Below, in pieces: positions 57,421 through 64,000 of a DNA stretch of 64,000 bases. Both the position numbers and the translations under genes were made by a program. Numbering within the stretch: position 1 is the first letter of the stretch; every line of letters starts with the position of its first letter. The notes under the pieces were generated by a model. That model saw nothing but the letters and a program-made list of their open reading frames with translations. It was not told the DNA's origin and ran no database searches. This stretch comes from the human T2T-CHM13v2.0 reference genome, Homo sapiens. Location of the stretch: assembly GCF_009914755.1 (NCBI RefSeq), contig NC_060926.1, one strand, 5' to 3'.

Positions 57421-57690
57421 GGTCAAATACAGTGGCTCACTCCTGTAGCTGCAACATTTTGGGAGGCCAAGGCAGGAGGATCGCTTGAGCCCAGGAGTTA
57501 GAGACCAACCTGGGCAACATGGTGAGACCCCATCTCTACAAAAAATTCAAAAAATTAGTTGGGCATGGTGGCACATGCCTGCAGTCCCAGATACTTGAGA
57601 GGCTAAGGCGAGAAGATTGCTTGAGCCTCGGGAGTGTCGAGGCTTCAGTGAGCTATAACCACACTACTGTACTCTAATGAGACCTTGTGA
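57421..57690 (+). mobile_element. Alu (AluJ), 3' end damaged
   Basis: ggatcgcttgagcccaggag (J-type); the right arm lacks the cagcctgggcgacaga segment and runs into a TA repeat. Confidence 0.95.
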
Positions 57691-57691
57691 C

Positions 57692-57820
57692 TATATATAC
57701 ATATATATATACACACATATATATATAATCTCTCTATATTATATAATATATATATTATATATATATTATATATATAATATATATATAATATATATATTAT
57801 ATATATTATATATATATATA
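57692..57820. repeat. AT-rich (TA)n/(TATAA)n degenerate repeat
   Basis: About 130 bp almost entirely A/T; source of ORFs 57645..57860 and 57677..57916. Confidence 0.95.
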
Positions 57821-60224
57821 AAGAAAATATTCCTAAATAAGTGGCTCTCATATGAGCCACAATTTAAGGAATATTTTCTTAAAGGCAGACTTAGAGAGAA
57901 ATATGAGTCACACTAACACAAAGCATAATCAGCCTAACTCCTCAGTCAAACACCCTGAGGTTCACATTACCAAAGAGAGAGGTTTGAACATGAGGGAAAC
58001 ATATTATTTTCACTATACTGTGATGGAAGGAAATTAATTCTGGTTGTGCAAACCTAGAGCATTTCTCTGAATTCTCTGAACTAGGGTGGATTGTTAAGAC
58101 CAAGACAGAGTGTGCATAATAACCTTGATGTTGGGAAAAGACTATGCCGTGAGTCTTAAAACAGATCCTAGTTGATGATTATGCCAACCCTGCTGAAGAA
58201 ATTCTGAAAAGATGCAGAATGCCTTGAAATACAAATGCTTTTTCTGGCCCAGATAATTGATATTGCATTAGAACATTCCATGGGATTTGAACCAGCCTCT
58301 TTCACACTTTAGATTTCAGGCTAGTATAATTCCCTCACCACACAAGGCAGAACCGAAATCCCTGAAGTTCAACAGGACGTATCCAATTTCAACAACTTTA
58401 CAATTTTCAATATCTGTACAGGATTTTTGCAAAAACCCATTTCAAATATCCCATTATCAGTTCCACGTCTTTTTGTGAATACCAAAATATATTAGCTAGA
58501 CCGTCATCTTATTTTAGCTTTAGAAAGTATATCAGATTTTTTTTCCAGACACAAGCAATTAAAGGATTGGAAAATAGCTCATGGAAAGCTCCAAAGAATT
58601 GATCCTCAGAGAGCAAATCTTGTAACACCAAACAACCACAATTCCCCTAAGCCACTCTGCTGACAAAAGTTATTGCTAGTTATGCAAGGTAACTAGAAGA
58701 CATGCACACAAATCATTGCAATTAAATATCCTGCCCACCATATAACTGATACTTGCCGAGAAGATGGTTGGCAGAATTTTCTTGCTAATCTCGTGTTATC
58801 AATGTCCATATTGCAGAGCATCCTTGAAGGTGCTCCTCTGTTTGTTTTGTATTGGATACACCTATTTGTATTGTTGTATAGTTATCTGTGCTGTGTGTCT
58901 TACCCAGTCTCACCCAGTTATTTTACTTTAGAATCTCATGGGCTGTGTATCGTGAAGACAAACAACCTGTTGGAAATAACAACAAAGAACTGAATCCCTC
59001 TTATCTGTTCGCTGCCTAACAAATCAAAACACACTGAAATCTGGGATTATTAGAGAAGTTTTGGGGATATAGAAATAAAATAAAAACCAGCTTGTCAAAT
59101 GGGGCTGCCTGCTGCTCAGTACCATGTGTTACCACAGCAAGTTGCATCTGTTCAGCTATTAAACCTGTTAGTGAATATAATATAGACAGCCATGGCATTA
59201 ACAAATATTCTTAATGCCTATTAAACTCTATAGCTACACATTTTAATTTTTACATTGTATTAGTAAAATTCAAGACTATAGCACCTTTAGGACAATTTAA
59301 AAGTGCAATGAAAAAACTATAATTTTGGTTATATCTCACATGCTTAAATTATATTTAGCCATCATTTTAAGAATTGGCCATTTAAAAAAAAGTTCTTTAA
59401 TTTTTAAATGTGGTTCTCACTGCTAACTGTAATTTAGCTCACTATAGATGCAATAGGACTGAAGTAATTAATCACATGTAGAATTTGAAAAACTCAACTA
59501 GGTACATCTTTTTTCCACTACTGAACATCTTACTTCCTTTCGATTTAATATTGGCTATTAGCAAATGCCACAGAACATATGAGTTACTCCCTTGATATAA
59601 TCCACCCTCTGAGCTCAGGCTCAGGAACTTCGTCATTTAAATTGGCTATCAACAGCTAGGACATGTATGTTTTACTAAACACTTTATAGCAGAATACATC
59701 TGTTGCTACTCTGTTTGTTATATTAAGATTAAGCACAATGATGTTGACAGTATTAATACATTTAAAAGCCTGTCACGTTCCATGGTGTTCATGAGTCCTG
59801 GGGACTGCAGGATTGAAATAAAAAGTGACTAGAGGCAAAATTAAGAATTATGGAATGTGTAGAAGGTGAAGAACACAGAGGTAGACTCTGAAATGAGTAC
59901 TGCTACCCAGGAGGATATTAACCTCTTGCCTGCCTGGCTTTTCCCATAATATTGTGAAGCCACATTTTACTGAAAAGAGCCGCATGCTTCATGAAATAGT
60001 TATCCAACCTCCTTGGCCTACTGCTGCTTCATGAATGCTGCCAGAATAGGGGAAAGTTTGTGACTGAAGTTAAAGGGGGGTTGGTTTCACTGCTATACTA
60101 GTGTAATTATTAAAATGCGAACACACTCAAATTAAATACACCAGAAAGAAAATCATTCTATGGAGCTCAGTTTCCTAAGAAATAATGAGACCAATTTGCT
60201 TTTATATGAAAACACTCCAGTTTG

Positions 60225-60800
60225 TGATATCTTCATACACTGCTGGTGGGAGTGTTCAACAGTACAATGTTCTTAGAGGACAACTCAGCAATATATACAT
60301 TGGTTCGGCTTGTATGAATTTGTACATAAAAATATGCTTTTACACATGTGAAACGATATTTTTACAAGATTTTAAAATGTTATCCATTTGTAATACTTAA
60401 AATGCTGAAAAAATTAAAATACCCATCATTAGGGTCTGCTACCCTCATAACATGTAGCAGATGCATGTTATGAGGTAAATATGAGATCATATGCTCTAAA
60501 ATGAAAAGATGTACAAAATATATTAAATAAAAATACTCAAGTTGCAGAATAGTATGCACATGATAATATTTCATCTTTTTAAAGAATGTTCAGGTATGTT
60601 AGCATATATACAAATCCTTGTACCTATACTATACACAAAAAAGAAATTGAATGTATATGCATAAGATTAAAGATTAGAGTTTTAGACACCACAGTAAAAA
60701 AGTGGGTATATTATATGCTGTTTTTACTTTTTACTCCCATCATTGTTGTATTATTTAAATTTTTCAATACAAATTTTTATGATTTAAAAATTAAATTGAT
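60225..60800 (+). mobile_element. Very old L1M fragments
   Basis: tcttcatacactgctggtgggagtg...; aaaatacccatcattagg...; aagttgcagaatagtatgcac. Confidence 0.6.
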
Positions 60801-62009
60801 TTAAAATATGGGCTTTCCTGAAAAGTAAATACTTTCATCCGTAGGCAACAAATAAAATTCAATTCCTTCTGAACAGCCTGTCATAAAATATTATTGGCCT
60901 TCAAGACCCTACAGTATGCCTCACTAGTCTATTGAATCTAGTTTATGTCTGGATGCTTAGAAGAATACCAAAAAATTAGTAAGTTAAAAAAAAAGTTAAA
61001 TAATATAAATACAGTCTACTGAGAAGGACAAAGTTAAGGAAAAACTAGTTAAATATGGAGTTGATGGTTATAGCATGTTCCTCACATAACAATTAACAAT
61101 ATCTACATAGCACTCTCAAATTCCAGAAACATCCCCAGCCACTGCATTTATCCAACACCCTTCTCAATAACCAGTTACAAATAATCAAATAACCATCGGT
61201 CTTGATTTAGGTATTTGGAGGCGGAGCTAGAATTTACAACTTTTTCTTCCCACCTTATGAAATATCTTTGCAATACCTGTTTTTTAAAGATCAAATGAAC
61301 ACAGTTCTGGAGCCTAGACGAGTAGCTGTCTAACCTTACTCTGCGTAATAGGGCTAAAATTTCAACTCTATTTCTCTGCTGATGCTCTATGGGATTTGGA
61401 GCCCCCAAAGCCTGATTTTATTCCTAATTAACAGTAATGAACAGATGACATACTTTTCCTTTGAACACCTCTGTCGGGAAAATGTCCAATCAGCAAGAGC
61501 TACAAGCAATAGACAAATTCCCTTTCTCTGACTTCATTTACATGCTTAAGTACACAGAGACTCCCCCTGCCTTTAGTTTGGGGTGCGGGGGGAAAGAAGT
61601 AGGTCAAGACATTGAGGCTTTATGCATTACCTTTAGAATGTGGTGAAGGCTGAAAGTCATGGCTCCAACCAGAGTTTCCAGAGCAATGTGGGTTACTTTC
61701 ATATTCATCACACATAAGGCCAATACCCTCCTAGCAGTATTAGTTTAGTTCTACATTTAGGCACAACTCACAAAACAGCAAAGATGCCTATAATTGTACC
61801 CATTAAGAGACTTATAATAGAAAATACTATGTGCTATGTCATCACACTTTGTTGTTATTTAGTGCATTCACCTTGAGGGTCACAGAATCTCTGGAATTCC
61901 ATGTTTAAGGAATATCATAAAATAATACACTACAAAGACTCACTGGTTTCACATCAGTAGTTGGGATTTTATAATCATTTGCAAAATAAGCTGGGCCAGC
62001 CTGAAATTT

Positions 62010-62235
62010 TCCTTTGTACAAAGAAAAATGAAGCTTTGAAGTCATATACAACTGGTTCAAAGACAGGCAGTTATTTACTATCTGTATGATTTTGGTCAAT
62101 TTATTTATAATGCAGTCTGCTCATTGGTAAAACTGAGATAAAATTCATACCTCAATGAATTATTGTGAATATTTAATAAAATCTAATTTTATGCAAAATG
62201 TTTAGATCAGTGTGTGTTCCACAGTAAGCAATCAG
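62010..62235 (+). mobile_element. MIR
   Basis: gctttgaagtcatatacaactggttcaaa...tgattttggtcaatttattt...gtaaaactgagata...acagtaagcaatcag. Confidence 0.75.
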
Positions 62236-62466
62236 TACACTCTAAAGAGTATTGTTTAGTTACCGTTCTTCTGACTAAGCCAAATAATAGGGTAAGCATG
62301 ATTTCAGAGGGGGAATTTAACCCTACTTCAGATGATTCACTGATAGTACTTCCAAACATTTAATATATATTAATTAAAATAATTTTTACAACTCAACAAA
62401 TGGAGAACCAATTTTACCTCCCTCAGCTAAGCCAAGTGTTAGAGGTTGGCACAGCAGAAGATTAAA

Positions 62467-62480
62467 GAGAGAGAGAGAGG

Positions 62481-62516
<36 letters not shown>
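62467..62516. repeat. (GA)n microsatellite
   Basis: Direct reading. Confidence 0.95.
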
Positions 62517-62519
<3 letters not shown>

Positions 62520-62891
62520 GTTAAATTGCCAGGGTAGTGGAGATTGATCATCTCTACATTCCTAATCAATTAGGGAGGATTACTACAGGACAGTTTTTTG
62601 TTTGTTTTCATTCTCCTAGTGGATTCTTCTCTTCTCATCAAGTCAGGATGCAGGGAAATATATCACATAAGTTTTTGTGTAGATATTAGAAATAAAAATG
62701 ATACAGAGAACAGACAAGAAGCATACCTAGACTCAGAGAAATGATCACCTGTGTGTAGTATTTGAATCTGAAGGTGGAGCTAGCCATTAACAAAAGAAAA
62801 GTCTTCCTTTCATAAGAAAATAACACAGGAAAAATGAATCCATTTCATGACAGGCCTCAGTCCTCAGGCCTCTGACTTTTGTTTGCCTCAG

Positions 62892-63092
62892 GAGGTTGTA
62901 AATGGGAAGTCCCAGGAGAACATCACGTGCTTTCACGATTATCCTTTGGGACTGTACCTCATACTATGCTCCAAGGAGAGCACTTCTGGAGTGAGCGCCT
63001 GCATGACAATGGAAAACTACCAGCAGGAGGGCAAGAGAGGCCACAGTCAAAAGTAAAGCAGCAAGAGTTCACTTATTTCTCCATTCACTCAG
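62892..63092 (+). other. Candidate exon (201 nt), one frame open throughout
   Basis: Branch-like CTGAC plus ttttgtttgcctcAG acceptor; cag|GTATGC donor; lies within track ORF 62879..63136. Confidence 0.35.
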
Positions 63093-63480
63093 GTATGCAT
63101 TGCTTCCTCTGTAAACCATTACTATGCATCTACTAAGCACCATGCTAGAGTATGAAAATACGGACATGTAAAGATACATAGTATTATACATTGTCAGTGA
63201 CCCTGAAGAGTTTACAATTTAATGGGCTATAAGGACATATAAAGACATAGTTATAACTACAGTAAGTAACACAATAGGATTAAGAACAAAGTATTATGAT
63301 TGTACCAAGAAGGGCATAATTAGTCTTGCCCTAGGGGACAAAGGAAGGTTTCACAAATACATAAAATATATAATCCAGGCCTCAAAGATGAATAAAAAAG
63401 CACCAGACTAGGAAAAAGAGAAGGACAGGTAGGAATAAGAGGAAGTAGGAGTACTTTAAAGAAAGGAACAGATATGAACA
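63080..63480 (-). mobile_element. L2 fragment
   Basis: taagcaccatgctagag...gaccctgaagagtttacaatttaatggg...ggaaggtttcaca...ggcctcaaagatgaata. Confidence 0.7.
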
Positions 63481-63847
63481 GCGGCACTCTGGAGGTCTCT
63501 TTTTGCTGACTCTCATTATTGGTACATTTTTTTAAACTGTGTTTCTCGGTCTTTAAAATTATTTATGCCCCAAACTTACAAATCAAACTAGTTGCAAATG
63601 CTAGCTAGCTAACCACAAAATCTTTGGGGTAACTGGCCAGTCAGATAACTTCCTATGTATTTATTTAACGAGAGAAAATGCTTTATGTAGCAGATATCTG
63701 AAATGCTCCATAATTTATGTGATATGTGGTATACTAAAGGGTAGGGTTGTTTGACTTCATAAAACTTCATTACACAGACCAAAAGGCAGAGTTATCTCGT
63801 TCAGCCTGATGAGGGATTGTCTCCTGAACTCTCACCTGCATCACAGA

Positions 63848-63932
63848 AGGCACAGTGGTTAAGCACATGGATTTAGGAGTCAGACTGACTGAGTTCAACA
63901 CTGGTTTTGCAGCTCACTAGTTGTGTGACTTT
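63848..63932 (+). mobile_element. MIR 5' part
   Basis: ggcacagtggttaagcacatggatttaggagtcagactgactgagttcaa...cactagttgtgtgactt. Confidence 0.85.
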
Positions 63933-64000
63933 CATTTCTTCATTAACTACCTGAGTATATATTTTTTCCTTTTGAAGTTTTAATGCATATTAGATGGACT

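Overview
AT-rich, CpG-poor primate (very probably human) genomic DNA with no CpG island and no protein-coding gene I can recognise; it reads as deep intron or intergenic sequence. Much of the window is interspersed repeat: 10 Alus plus one Alu monomer, a 2-kb L1PA with a 5' inversion, several older L1 3' fragments, L2 and MIR relics, MaLR LTRs, Tigger and hAT MITEs, and many microsatellites. Many ORFs in the track are Alu, L1 or microsatellite artefacts. I did not find a convincing novel biological system. The best leads are: (1) a 101-codon minus-strand ORF in apparently unique DNA with a strong Kozak start and one CAA>TAA-like stop (20196-20501); (2) several plus-strand exon-like segments with good splice sites, possibly a spliced lncRNA; (3) a four-level nested transposon cluster at 7.1-9.4 kb; (4) a textbook twin-primed L1; (5) several short inverted duplications suggestive of template switching. 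Repeat subfamily names are from memory of consensus sequences, and boundaries of old repeats are approximate.
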